A DNA stretch of 62,749 bases from Octopus bimaculoides. Its lineage: Eukaryota. Below the pieces are notes generated by a model. It ran no database searches. It was not told where the DNA came from and worked only from the letters and a program-made list of their open reading frames with translations. Numbering within the stretch: position 1 is the stretch's first letter; each line of letters starts with the position of its first letter. Position numbers and translations under genes: made by a program. This document shows, piece by piece, positions 1 through 12,400 of the stretch. The DNA lies in assembly GCF_001194135.2 (NCBI RefSeq), contig NC_068990.1, positions 35,431,170 through 35,493,918 on the forward strand, given 5' to 3'.

Positions 1-382
1 CTTCATATACTATATTATTTTTGAGATATTTTCCTGCAAGCATACCTTTGCGAGACATATTCCTGTAAGCAGTTACAATTATGTCTATTGTCATAAACCT
101 TATGCCTGTTACTATCAGAAGTATTATACATTCTGCTTAGAGTGTTAGGTATTACTCTCTAGATATTAGTTTCACAATAGATTAAATTAGGTGTGCTATT
201 GGATTCCATGCTCAGTTTATTTAACTAATGGGAATGTAATTTGAGCTCAATTATCTCCCTTACATTAACTTCAGTAAATTCATTATTGTTTCCACTATGC
301 TAGCCATACAGTTGTTGACTACCTCCCTACTGTTATTCATATCATGCCCCAACCCTACCAGATATGGATTATTACCAGTTAA

Positions 383-470
<88 letters not shown>

Positions 471-505
471 NNNNNNNNNNTATTATTATTATTATTATTA
501 TTATT
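383..505. repeat. (ATT)n microsatellite interrupted by a 10-N gap
   Basis: Direct: tandem ATT with one ATC variant; N at 471-480. Explains the poly-N/L/Y ORFs at 260-546. Confidence 0.97.
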
Positions 506-1915
506 TATATTTGTGTGATTATTTGCGTTTATTGAGTTCACAGTAGTGAACTCTCTAATTCTCTTAAAATTGTAGACTGGAATAACTTGGGCGAGATTTC
601 TGGTTATACATATACATATATGTGTATATGGATAATTAGATAGTACTAGAAATGTTCGGTTTAACTATCATATTATTGAGTCGAACATGTAAGTTTAGTT
701 ATCGTATTTTGCATTTTCTCACTCCGCACGACTTTCTGCTTTTCTACTATTGTAATGACAAAAACAAATAAGAATTTTTTAGCCCTTTAAATCAAATGTC
801 CCACCTAGAATCGCCCAATTACACATACATGTATAACGTTGATACATGAATCTAATTGTAATTTTTGCAAGTTTTATGACTATCTGTGTCATACTTCCTG
901 CTGAGTTCTTTTCAGTTTACATGGGACAATAACATTACAAAATCTATCGCAAACTTTTCAAAACCATCGTAGTCTCAACTTTCAAGAGTGTTAATGCTGT
1001 GTTAGTTCTAACATCACTCCATTTGATTAACGTACCCATTACCGCTGGAATTTGAATATGTGACTGTTATATTTATAAATCACCAGCCAGATTGTTATTT
1101 ATTGTTCTTTGTGTTGAGATTTAATCTCTAGATGGCTCAACACTCATATAACACAGAGAATTTGCAATGTACTGAAACACATGTCACATAGATAACACAC
1201 CAGAAAATTCCCGACTGAAATAGACGATTAATGATAGAAAAAGTACTCAGCGTCCAGTGGCAAAACATAGACATGGATATAGCACATACAGATATGTGTG
1301 TGCTATCCCAAACATACGCGCGCAAATATACACTTGAAAGTCTATACGCAGTGTTGTCATTAACAATTCATCTTATTATCTATACAATATGGCTTTCATG
1401 AATTAATTTCGGCGTTCTACTTCAAAAACTTGATAGAGTTAGTTTTAAATTTGGCGTCAGTCTCTGGATAGTGAGTTTTGTTGCTGGTCACTGATTCTCT
1501 GGTCACTGATTCTAGGAGGGGTCGTGAGATTTATAGTCAGTTAAAACAATATAGGTCAATCAACTGCTCTTCATATTTCTTTTTTTTTTGCTACTTACTC
1601 TAAGTAATTATAATATATCTCCAACCACTTGTACAACTGACACTTCCAGTTTGGCTCTCAATCTTTCTCTGGAAGCCTAATTAAGTTACCTACAGTTCTG
1701 ATTGGCCAATAACCCTCACGGTTGATTATATATTGAATTGTTTGTATTTCTGATGCTGATTTGCACATTCTGCTAAATTTTCTAATAAGACTGTGTATCA
1801 ATATATTGATCTAAATACGATACGGCTTGAGGAACTGAATGGTTATTAATTTGGTGTATTGTGCAAATTTATATATATTGCACGCTGATATACTTCGCTG
1901 TTTACATGGATCCTC

Positions 1916-1916
<1 letters not shown>

Positions 1917-1947
<31 letters not shown>

Positions 1948-1964
1948 TGTATGTATGTATGTAT
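1917..1964. repeat. (TATG)n tetranucleotide microsatellite
   Basis: Direct tandem TATG; source of the YVCM/HTYI ORFs. Confidence 0.95.
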
Positions 1965-2024
1965 CCATGTATGTGTGTGTACGTATCTATGTATGCAAGT
2001 ATGTACATATGTATATGTGTATAT

Positions 2025-2320
2025 GTGTGTAGCTGTGTGGTTAGATGAAATAAAGCTGTTTCCTTCCCAACTAAATGGTTTTGGTTTCTGTTCCATTGCG
2101 TGGCAAGTTGATCAGATGCCTTCTGTTAGAGTCCCAGGCCGACCGAGGCTTTGTGACTGATGTTGGCAGACGGAAAGTGAAATAAAACCCGTATGTGAGC
2201 GCGTGTACATATGTGCTTGTAGTTTTTCCCAACACCACTTCACAAACAGTGTCGACGTGTTAACGTCCTGCAACTTCGCGTTTCGGCAAAAGAAACCAGG
2301 CAATAGGTACATGGTTTAGC
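2025..2320 (+). mobile_element. Degenerate tRNA-type SINE, family A
   Basis: Colinear with the 16221 and 36733 copies: gctgtgtggtt ... ccattgcgtggc ... ggccgaccgaggctttgtga ... gcagacggaaagtgaaa ... ttcggcaaaagaaacc. Confidence 0.8.
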
Positions 2321-2989
2321 CAAAAAAAATTTTAAATGATAATAAAAAATTAAATAAATTATAACACCTGTCATTTAGAAATGTTTTATTTTTATTTTTC
2401 TTCATGGATGTGTTCTTACATATTCTTCGGCTGATCATTTTAAATATCTAAACCATTTTGTTCAATTACGTAAGGATTTCCAATAAAATAGAAACTAATG
2501 AAAACAAACAATGTGAACTTTTGATAAATTGTTACTTTATCAAAACTAGAAAAGCCCTCCGAGAGCGCAGACCTCCGCCAAGCAGTTCATTTCCACCCAT
2601 ATACACGCATGCTGAACTTCGCCCAATTTGCCAAAGCAACGCCGGCAAAAACATAACATCCTTAGCGGGGGTAAAAAGAAAATACCAGCTATATGATAAA
2701 AAAAAAACAACCTAATCCTAACCTTACCAGACTAAACCTACCCTCTGTGGTCTTACATCCCTTTGTGGTCAGTACAGTATCAATCATCCCTCAAGGATCC
2801 AGCATCAGTTGTTGCTACCGTTGCCTCCTCTTCTGCTGCTGCTTTTAGCAATCCTTGAATATGTTTGTGTTATTTGATTTCTGAACTGTTTCGCTACCGT
2901 TTTTATATGTTGTTTGATCTCTTTGTCCATCAGTTTCTACGCGAGTAAAATGGTTAGCGTATGCATTGATTCAAAAGAAGAAGTACAGT

Positions 2990-3366
2990 TTTGAATTCCG
3001 CTTCATCTGCGCATCCGTACCATCACGTTTGAATGACCAGCAGTAATCCGTTATCATGCTGACATACCATTTGCCTTGGTATTGAGTTACCATAGTGCAA
3101 ATATCTTGATGGAGCCGCTCTCCTTTTTACACACTGTAGTCCCCGCAATTCTTGAGAAAATAGTCACGATATGAGTGGAGCATATGCATTTTGATTGGCG
3201 AGAGGCTGTTTCTCAAGAAGTTTTGGACAATCTTCTTGAAGGAGGACCAGGTACTCATCTCGACAGATGCTAATGTTTGCTCAAAATGCTTGTCCTTCAT
3301 AAATTTCTGAATCTGAGGTCCAATACAAATTCCTGCTTTAATCTTGCCTTCACCTATGCAATGCAA
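2990..3366 (-). pseudogene. C-terminal DNA-transposase relic, Chapaev3/CMC-like
   Basis: Minus translation KAGICIGPQIQKFMKD...WSSFKKIVQNFL...KMHMLHSYRDYFLKNCGDYSV*KGERLHQDICTMVTQYQGKWYVSMITDYCWSFKRD matches the recalled motif series K.GIF.GPQIR / LHFLHSH.D.F.EN.G..S.E.GERFHQD / RYQG.W / DYCW.LKR. It has a stop and an internal deletion. Superfamily label is from memory. Confidence 0.8.
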
Positions 3367-3540
3367 GGAAACTTTGACTCCCTAGATGCAAGCGCTAATA
3401 TATGATTTATAAAAACATGTGATATATTAATAAAAATTTGTAAATGTACAACCTTCCAGATCTCTGAGTAACTTTTTTTTTCTAATATATAATACCTGTA
3501 TATCACCTCCAAACATTCTTAGATATATAGATATACATAC

Positions 3541-3593
<53 letters not shown>

Positions 3594-4442
3594 TAGAGAG
3601 AGAGAGAAAGGCACATGCAGAAGTACATGTATAAATTCTATGTGTATAAATTCTTGCGCATGTATGTATAAGCATGCACGCCAGTGCACGTATTAGTGTG
3701 TGCATATGTCTCTGAAGTTCTGGTACGTGTTTGTCTCTGCCGCTGTAGATCGATGATAATGCATTTTCGTATTCATTCTACTAATAGGGAGGTCACTATC
3801 TTCAAATGCATAACTTCATTACACTTGCTGCCAATCGATAAAGTATCAGTGATAATTTGTTTTGGCTAATTACCGCATGGATATGATCTGCTGCAATCCT
3901 TGAACATAGAATCCTAGCATGGTTACTCCAAATTTTTAAACCAGTAAAAGAATTACTGAGAATTTGAAAACATATAACGGAGAAAATCGAATGTTTTCAA
4001 AGGTGAATAGGATGAAACGAAACGATATGTATAGTCAAATAATCTCTTAGAAACCAATTATTTATTCGATAAATGTTTGTCTTCTTACACCATAACATTG
4101 GTCATAGGTGCCATTTCAGTAAGAATACGAAGTAATTATTTGCAGTAACAAAAAAACAAAAAACAAAAAAAAACAAATGTAAAAAAGTAGAAAAGATAAG
4201 CGAGAATAATAATAATAAAAATTGTGTGAAATTTCTAGAAAGTGATAATATCACCGTTCGTTTAATAATTTTGACAGAAATTCTTCAGTATGTCTTTTAG
4301 TTTGTATCGTGAAAAAGGAAATCGTCAATTTTCATTTGATTCCAATTTTGTTTAATCCATATTCTAGGCACGTTCACCGAACGCTAAAGTTTCAGAAGAA
4401 GAAATTCAGAATGATATTAACGGTAGAAATGTTGATAACGAA

Positions 4443-4445
<3 letters not shown>

Positions 4446-4482
<37 letters not shown>

Positions 4483-4579
4483 CATTATTATTTTGTTGAC
4501 GACGAAGATGGTGAAGTTGCTGACGATAATAATGATAATAGAGGTTATGGTGATGTTGGTGAAGAAAATCATAATAATG

Positions 4580-4656
<77 letters not shown>

Positions 4657-4790
4657 ACTGAAACGAAGAAGAAGAAGAAGAAGAAGAAGAAGAAGAAGAA
4701 GAAGAAGAAGAAGAAGAAGAAGAAGAAGAAGAAGAAGAAGAAGAAGAAGAAGAAGAAGAAGAAGAAGAAGAAGAAGAAGAAGAAGAATTA
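4446..4790. repeat. Compound trinucleotide array (ATT)n - GAC/GAT-rich spacer - (AAT)n - (AAG)n
   Basis: Direct; generates the three overlapping low-complexity ORFs at 4309-4914. Confidence 0.97.
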
Positions 4791-5203
4791 TCAAAAGCAA
4801 CAAGAACAACAGCAAAATAATCATCCTAAAAGTAAGAAGAAAAATGATAAAACAACATCAATATTTGATAACGCATTTATCGATTTATTTTTAGCCGACG
4901 TATCTAGGTGTTAAACAACTGTTAATACATTTGTTATAAGGTTATTTATTCCGATCACATCTCAGAGAGATTCCACGTAACATATTCTTCTGCACCAAAT
5001 ATTTATATATATACATATATATATATATATATNNNNNNNNNNNNNNNNNNNNNNNNNNNNNNNNNNNNNNNNNNNNNNNNNNNNNNNNNNNNNNNNNNNN
5101 NNNNNNNNNNNNNNNNNNNNNNNNNNNNNNNNNNNNNNNNNNNNNNNNNNNNNNNNNNNNNNNNNNNNNNNNNNNNNNNNNNNNNNNNNNNNNNNNNNNN
5201 NNN

Positions 5204-5229
<26 letters not shown>

Positions 5230-5234
<5 letters not shown>

Positions 5235-5900
5235 TAGTTATGTTACATAGCAAAACCAAGGCAAAAGATCTCCGAAAATATGTAGAAAAAAAGGAAGAAT
5301 CAATAGAAACCTACGCATGGAAAAATAAAATTGATGAATATGTAATGACAACAAGTATAAATAACAGGAAAATGGTAGGAATTTTATCCAGGGTTAGAAG
5401 AATCCTGGTTGTGTGTTTGAAAGAAATTTAAAGGAGGAAATTAATTAATTTAATTGTCTATAATTACTTACATTTATATATTTCGAATTTTTAGTTAGAT
5501 ATTACTTCTAAACTAAAATGTTGTTGGGAAAGAAAATCGAAGAAATGCCTTGCCATATTTGATGAGGTTCTTTTCTGTTTTAATTATAAATCTGGGATTT
5601 CATCATTGCTTGAGGTAGGGATAAAATACAATGCCTAGATAAGTAATCTTGTTGATATAATCGTCAATAGCTCTTCCATGAAAATGTGTGGAATTGAGTC
5701 TGTTTTAGAATTTTCTGGTAAAAAGAAAAAAAATATATAGGTTGGTTGTTAGATGAGTTCTTTGTGTATGTTCAACATACACAAATAGGGACATAAAGGT
5801 ACTTCTAGGGACCGTATATTTTGTAAATAAATAATGTCCAAAGCTTTTAAAAACGAAAACATTGCGAACACATATTTCAGTTTATTAAATAATCAACTAC
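5230..5900 (-). mobile_element. Possible highly decayed Penelope-like RT relic
   Basis: Minus strand tggaagagctattgacgat near 5670 reads WKSY(I)DD if a small deletion is assumed (cf. PLE W.RY[IV]DD), followed by KITYLGI and later KFLPFSC...SMRRFLLI-like text. Needs several frameshifts. Confidence 0.3.
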
Positions 5901-8896
5901 AACAGTTTATTAATTTATGAAAATTATCAGTTTGGTACTGCAAAGCTGTTTATTACAGGTGTCACGTGTGAGATGTGTGTATGCTTATAAAGTAGAGAAT
6001 AAATATACAAAAGAGCATTGTTTCAGGTACAGTGAATACTGTACACATATGTTAATATATTGCAGGACATATATTCTCTAGTAATCTAAACTGTATAGGC
6101 GTATGAATGTAGAACATAATGAGACAGCGTTCAATATATAGTAAGTGGACTTATTAAAAAAAAAGATTTCTTCAAATGTTTTAAGCTCTACTGGCAAAAG
6201 AGGTTCATGCGAATGAAACAACTTTCCTGCAGGCATTTTATGAATATACAGATATATTTGTAACGCACGGTAAATTAGATGTGTTCATGATAGAAGATCT
6301 TATCTCGGTCAAGTCATTAACTTTACAATACTGAAATATTAGGTTCTTCGTAATTCATATTGCCCTCAAGCTTCTATCTTCTGAAACGTAATGGATTAAT
6401 TTTCTTTGGTTTTAGATGTTAAAACGATGGAATCAAATCAAAATTCGTTTACCTACCCACCATACATGATGTCTACATGGTATATGCATTTATTACTATT
6501 TTCTAAAATTCTAATGCTTTATTTTGTAAACGTCACTCCACGCTTTTTCTTCCAGTAAAATGAGACCTATCCATTGTTGTTACATTGCGAAGCGTATCCG
6601 AAGCTTCATGTTATGTATTTACTGACAATCAATATTGAAATTACAGAGCCGAAATTAAATGCATTAGTAACGACTGCAGTAATAAAGTTCTCTATATTCC
6701 CATTATATTAATTTCCTTAAATGTATTTCTATAAGTCAATCACCAAGTTAAATTAATGCGACAAATATATTACTTGAATAATTCACATAAGTCCCACCAC
6801 GATGAATGCCAACGGAAATATGTATTTCCATAAATATAAGGTAGGCGAGTTAATAATGGGGGTCATTGACTTTTATTTATGCAATGAATTTTATTATTAT
6901 ATGAATGTGCAATAGTTATTAAGTTGTTAACGAAAATGTTATGTGCATTTACGCAAATTACTACAATCAAGCCGGCTTGGATTTATGGAATGTTATTTCA
7001 TTTAGAATCAGTTTATCATCATACTTTGCTCTAAGATTACACAAACGAAGTTTTGCAATATAGACTGTAATTTCCAGCTATATCCTGTCTGAAAAATACT
7101 AATTATTATGTTTAAGAAAATATTTCTATCAATTAAAATTATAGATTTGTGCTAAGAAATATCTTTCCTGATTTAGCCAGTAATCATAAACTTAGAAAAT
7201 GGTAGATATGACTTAAATATAATTGATGAATAAATCGATAAATTCTAACAAAGATTTGGATTCTTGGAGTAATAAAAGTTAGAAATTATAGTCTGGGAAT
7301 CTGTTTAATTAACGCCAAAAAGTCTTTTTCATGAAACGGTTTCATGTGATCGTTTTTATTGCCAATATATACACAACATCAAACCTACTTATTTTATACT
7401 TATTTTAGAATAGTTGTTATGCGACAGAAATAAAAGTAAATTTTCCTCGTACATTGCCGTTCACATACATTCTCGAACTAACATACACACATGCACATAC
7501 AGCATATACTCACCAATCAAACACACGCATCGACACTCATGAACTTTGGTGCCAACTGAAACGATTTTATTTGTTAATGTTGTTGTTATTTTATTCCAGG
7601 TCAGATTGTGTTTATCAGAACTATGATCAAAAACACATTAGCCTTGACCGACACGTCATTTTACAGTAAACTAATTCTACGACTATGTTATCGAATTATC
7701 TCCCCTTTTTGTGCTTGAAACACAAAGGAGCCCTAGCATAACAGGCATACGACCAAAGGAATTCCAGATATGAATTTGTGTTACCAGAATTGACACAGCT
7801 ACAACAGAGTATTTAAAAAGCTTATTTTGTCATTTCGTGGTTTTGGGTACAGACTCACTGCGCGACACATACGGCCTGTATTTCCTATTATATATATATA
7901 GTATATATATATATATATATNNNNNNNNNNNNNNNNNNNNNNNNNNNNNNNNNNNNNNNNNNNNNNNNNNNNNNNNNNNNNNNNNNNNNNNNNNNNNNNN
8001 NNNNNNNNNNNNNNNNNNNNNNNNNNNNNNNNNNNNNNNNNNNNNNNNNNNNNNNNNNNNNNNNNNNNNNNNNNNNNNNNNNNNNNNNNNNNNNNNNNNN
8101 NNNNNNNNNNNNNNNNNNNNNNNNNNNNNNNNNNNNNNNNNNNNNNNNNNNNNNNNNNNNNNNNNNNNNNNNNNNNNNNNNNNNNNNNNNNNNNNNNNNN
8201 NNNNNNNNNNNNNNNNNNNNNNNNNNNNNNNNNNNNNNNNNNNNNNNNNNNNNNNNNNNNNNNNNNNNNNNNNNNNNNNNNNNNNNNNNNNNNNNNNNNN
8301 NNNNNNNNNNNNNNNNNNNNNNNNNNNNNNNNNNNNNNNNNNNNNNNNNNNNNNNNNNNNNNNNNNNNNNNNNNNNNNNNNNNNNNNNNNNNNNNNNNNN
8401 NNNNNNNNNNNNNNNNNNNNNNNNNNNNNNNNNNNNNNNNNNNNNNNNNNNNNNNNNNNNNNNNNNNNNNNNNNNNNNNNNNNNNNNNNNNNNNNNNNNN
8501 NNNNNNNNNNNNNNNNNNNNNNNNNNNNNNNNNNNNNNNNNNNNNNNNNNNNNNNNNNNNNNNNNNNNNNNNNNNNNNNNNNNNNNNNNNNNNNNNNNNN
8601 NNNNNNNNNNNNNNNNNNNNNNNNNNNNNNNNNNNNNNNNNNNNNNNNNNNNNNNNNNNNNNNNNNNNNNNNNNNNNNNNNNNNNNNNNNNNNNNNNNNN
8701 NNNNNNNNNNNNNNNNNNNNNNNNNNNNNNNNNNNNNNNNNNNNNNNNNNNNNNNNNNNNNNNNNNNNNNNNNNNNNNNNNNNNNNNNNNNNNNNNNNNN
8801 NNNNNNNNNNNNNNNNNNNNNNNNNNNNNNNNNNNNNNNNNNNNNNNNNNNNNNNNNNNNNNNNNNNNNNNNNNNNNNNNNNNNNNNNNNNNNNNN

Positions 8897-8928
<32 letters not shown>

Positions 8929-8964
8929 TGTGTGTGTGTGTGTGTCTGTGTGTACTAGCATGTG

Positions 8965-9175
8965 TGTAACTGTGATTTTGTTTGTCCCTCTCTATTGGAA
9001 AACCGGTGTTCGTTTGTTACGTTCCCGTATCTTACCACCTTGGCCCGGCAGAATGGTAGAATTAGTACCAGGCTGGAGAAAATAAAGTACTAGATTCGAT
9101 TTATTCAACTACTCCTGACAAAGTGGTTTCTGAGTCTAAACAAAGATCAATGGCTGAAAGGAGTAAAAGATGATA
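8965..9175 (+). mobile_element. 3' half of degenerate family A SINE next to a gap/(TG)n
   Basis: tttgtccc...aaccggtgttcgtttgttacgttcccgta...tagaattagtaccaggct...tcgatttattcaact...aatggctgaaaggagtaaaaga parallels the 3' half of the 16221 copy. Confidence 0.7.
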
Positions 9176-9834
9176 GTCTAGGAATATGTTAGTCAATGTC
9201 AGTTACCATTTTGTTAAAGTGAAAAAGTGCGTTTTGACATTTGGCTATTGTTATGAGATATCGATGTGCCTTCCACGAGACAGTTACTTTTGAAAAAATC
9301 AGGAGTTTCGGTGGTGAATGGAGATGAATCTCTTGTTTGTTCCTTAGCTTAAACCAGTGAAGTGGGAAAGAACGAGTGAAGAAGAGAATGTGAGAGGGGA
9401 TTATTACCATTCTCGGACGTCACAATTGTTTCTTCGTAACCATATACTATTTTCACCGGTGCAGTAAAAATGCAAGTGTCGATTCTTCGCGCATTTATAT
9501 GCTGAAAAATTCGATTACTGTGTAGCAGATCGTATCTATCACTGAATATCTACGAGAAAATCGCGTGCAAAGCACGTGTTGTTGGTCAAAACTTCAGCCA
9601 ACTCAATTTCTACACTACTGACCAAAAGTGAAGAAGTTCGCATTGCAATATCGTGGTTCTACCTTCGCTCATAAGACATCTTGAGCATATATATTCAGAT
9701 CGACCCAATTTTAATAAGTAAAAATGGTGAGCTGAAATTGTAGAACATTGGATAAAATACAGCAGTAAATCCAGCATTATGACAATGTCGTTAAACTGAT
9801 TCTATATCATAAATATGTGTCGGTTACATGCATC

Positions 9835-10142
9835 TTCAAAGACACGTGACTTAATGTCATAGTTCATTGGTTCAATTCCCCACGGCGCATTGTGTCCTTG
9901 CCTAGGACTCTATATTTAACATTGCTCTAGTCTAATCAGCTGGCAAAAATGAGTATTACCTGTATTTCACAGAGCCAGTCTTGTCAGATTTTGTATAACG
10001 CTGAATTTCCCTGGGAACTACGTTAAGAGTATACGTATCTATGGAGAGCTCAGCGACGTGTACGTTAAGTTCACGAGCTGGCTGTTCCGTTGAACGGATC
10101 AACTGGAACGTTCGTCGTCGTAACTGACGGAGTGTCAGCATA
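9835..10142 (+). mobile_element. tRNA-type SINE, family C variant
   Basis: B-box-like ggttcaattcc at about 9869; its 3' about 170 nt (acgctgaat...aactacgttaag...cacgagctggctgttccgttgaacggatcaactggaac...gacggagtg) matches the reverse complement of 61363-61510. Confidence 0.85.
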
Positions 10143-10959
10143 AATAGCTTAGTTACACGCATATGAGGAATGCTTAGTCAATTACATTGTAATTAAATGA
10201 TGTGATATTTCCTTTGAGTTAACAGCTACAATATTCATTGTCAAGACCGACGGTGGATTCATTAACTCATGTTTTGTTTTTTACTTGTGCGATTGTATAT
10301 GTGAGAATTTTGCCCATATTGAATTGTCTGCTATCCACATCACCTAATAAAGGATATTGAATAACAGGTTAACTCATAGAAATATGTGCAAAAAAAAAAA
10401 GAAAAGAAAAAGAAGTCATTCAGCTCAAACAATTCCAGCAGATTTCCATTACAGAATTTATCATCCTCTTTACACGAATTATCGCGTATTTAATTTTTAT
10501 ATTATTTATTCTGTTTTTGAACGAAGAGTCTTTATGGCTTTGTAATCTCTCTTTAGATTTCTCTCGAATGTTTTCGTGAAACCAAAATTTCTTTTCAAAG
10601 TCACAGATGGTTTCTATTATGTCGCATCTTTTATAGTTAATTTTCAGTGGAAGTGATGGTGTTGAGGTAGAAATGCTGTCAGTGACAATAACAGTTTTGC
10701 TTCATTAAGATTCCAGCGTTAGAAGTCAATTGTTTTAATCACGCCTTAAACCTGATACGTGAATATAATAATTTTCACTACGAAATAAAATAGGTCTTCT
10801 AATACAATAGCCACCAGAGAACCAACGCAGCTATTATTTCCACATAATACTGTTAACTCGTATTTATTTTACATTTCCATTTTCAGAATTGGAAAAAAAA
10901 AAGTTTTTAATAACACCAATATGTATTTGTCGCAATGTAAATTAATGCAAAATTCAGTT

Positions 10960-11010
10960 AGTTATTATTATTATTATTATTATTATCACTATTATTATTA
11001 TTATTATCAC

Positions 11011-11093
<83 letters not shown>
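10960..11093. repeat. (ATT)n microsatellite with ATCACT interruptions
   Basis: Direct. Confidence 0.97.
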
Positions 11094-11095
<2 letters not shown>

Positions 11096-11096
<1 letters not shown>

Positions 11097-11255
11097 CAGT
11101 GATTTGGCAAAATCGTTAGCACGCATGAGAAAATGTTTAGAAATATTTAGAGAAAATATTCAGTAGTATTTCCTGAGTTCAAATTCCGCAGTGGTTGACT
11201 TAGACTTTGATCCATTCGGGGTCGATACAATAAGTGTCAGTAAAGTACTCCCAAA
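11096..11255 (+). mobile_element. Degenerate tRNA-type SINE, family B
   Basis: tttggcaaaatcgttagcacg (A-box-like) ... gagttcaaattcc (B-box) ... gactttgatccattcggggtcgata, as in the 20195, 40264 and 56662 copies. Confidence 0.8.
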
Positions 11256-11289
11256 TACCCAGAAAATGTTTTTTGCATCAGTGTTTCGG

Positions 11290-12400
11290 CAAGAACTTGA
11301 CTCTTAGAAGCAACAGTGTCCACTAAACACGTACTAGATATGGAATTTATGAGCATGGCAGAGACGTTTGGCAACCTGGAGTTCTTCAAAATTTAGTCCT
11401 CGTGCTATAACTAACCACAACTGCCATATGCAACAGGAACGTCATCTTCTACCCGACAGGTTTAGGAAGAAGGTCCTTTCACGTTAAGACAGAAATATTT
11501 CTACAGGGCTGAACATCTGATAAACATTGCTCCATGTTTTATTGGAGAGCAACGACACCATCATTGACGTAAAACTGAGAGATGTGTCGGTTTGGGTCCA
11601 AAGAGGAGATCCCCTTCGAGATAAAAACAGATGTGTGGAAAAGATCCGAAATCTTATCCATCTGCCCACCGGAGTGGATATGCATATCGTGGCTGAGGAC
11701 AAAAGATAGCTGTTGTGTGGCGATGGAAATTATATAATAGTTTTCTCTCTTCAACAAAACAGTTCGGAGGCGTACTTTGCTACTGCCTATACCACAACTA
11801 TGACAAGAACAGCAGCGTACAGCAGTAACAGTAGCAGCAACAGTAAAGAGACCAAGAAAAATAGCACCAACAACCCTAGCAGGGACAATTGCATCAGCGG
11901 CAACAAAATCAATTGCATCTGTAGCTCTTAAAATAACGGCAGCAGTACCAACACCAGCATCAACAAGAAGACCAAAATCATCAATATCGGCATTAAGAAC
12001 GACATAACTAATTTTAGCTATCAAGGGGTTTTCCCAACATAACTCCTCTTTGATATCGTTGTTTCTCGCTCTTTAACACAGAATAACACGCATGAACTCA
12101 TACGAAAACACTCCATCGTCTCTATCTCGATCCACATTGGATATTTCCGACGTTGAGTACTCCTCTTGCGAAGAGGAACGGAAACGAAGAAAAATAAAAT
12201 CAAGCAAATGATTAAAATTTCATAAACGAGTCACACTCTAAACGAAGCACTAGAATCCCAACAATATTCCTAAAATATACAACACTCACTCACACATATC
12301 TGAAACACTTACACAACGACTCCACCACAACAACGCTTGAAGAAATCTGGCTTCCCTGCTTTTATCAGGCTATAGTCCGAATCCATAGCCTAAGCAACTG
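11290..12400 (+). mobile_element. Decayed ORF1/gag-like retroelement fragment (unclassified), copy 1
   Basis: Successive frame-shifted protein-like segments: FYPTGLGRRSFHVK; LLHVLLESNDTIIDVKL...IHLPTGVDMHIVAEDKR*LLCG (possible eroded zinc knuckle); an Ala/Thr/Pro-rich linker (TAVTVAATVKRPRKIAPTT...); acidic/basic tail SDVEYSSCEEERKRRKIKSSK*. The 3' end is homologous to 22460-22580. Confidence 0.4.

Noticed and set aside
1484-1513. 15-bp tandem duplication (ctggtcactgattct x2); also a 32-bp diverged pair at 48005-48080 and a 13-bp unit at 31402-31455
   Set aside because: These are ordinary slippage duplications with no further structure.
2708-2745. Telomere-like cctaatcctaaccttacc
   Set aside because: Only 3-4 degenerate units; too short to call an interstitial telomeric array.
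4309-4914. 201-aa ORF with poly-Y, poly-N and poly-K, plus two overlapping ORFs
   Set aside because: It is a translation of stop-free trinucleotide microsatellites; there are no splice signals or domain content.
7837-8961. Long ORFs of 340-400 aa here and at 28752-29936 and 57887-59095, plus shorter ones at other gaps
   Set aside because: They are open only because N-gaps translate as X.
11539-12024. 161-aa hydrophobic minus-strand ORF resembling a membrane protein
   Set aside because: It is the antisense reading of a CAG/CAA-rich Ala/Thr/Pro segment; the plus strand shows the more protein-like motifs.
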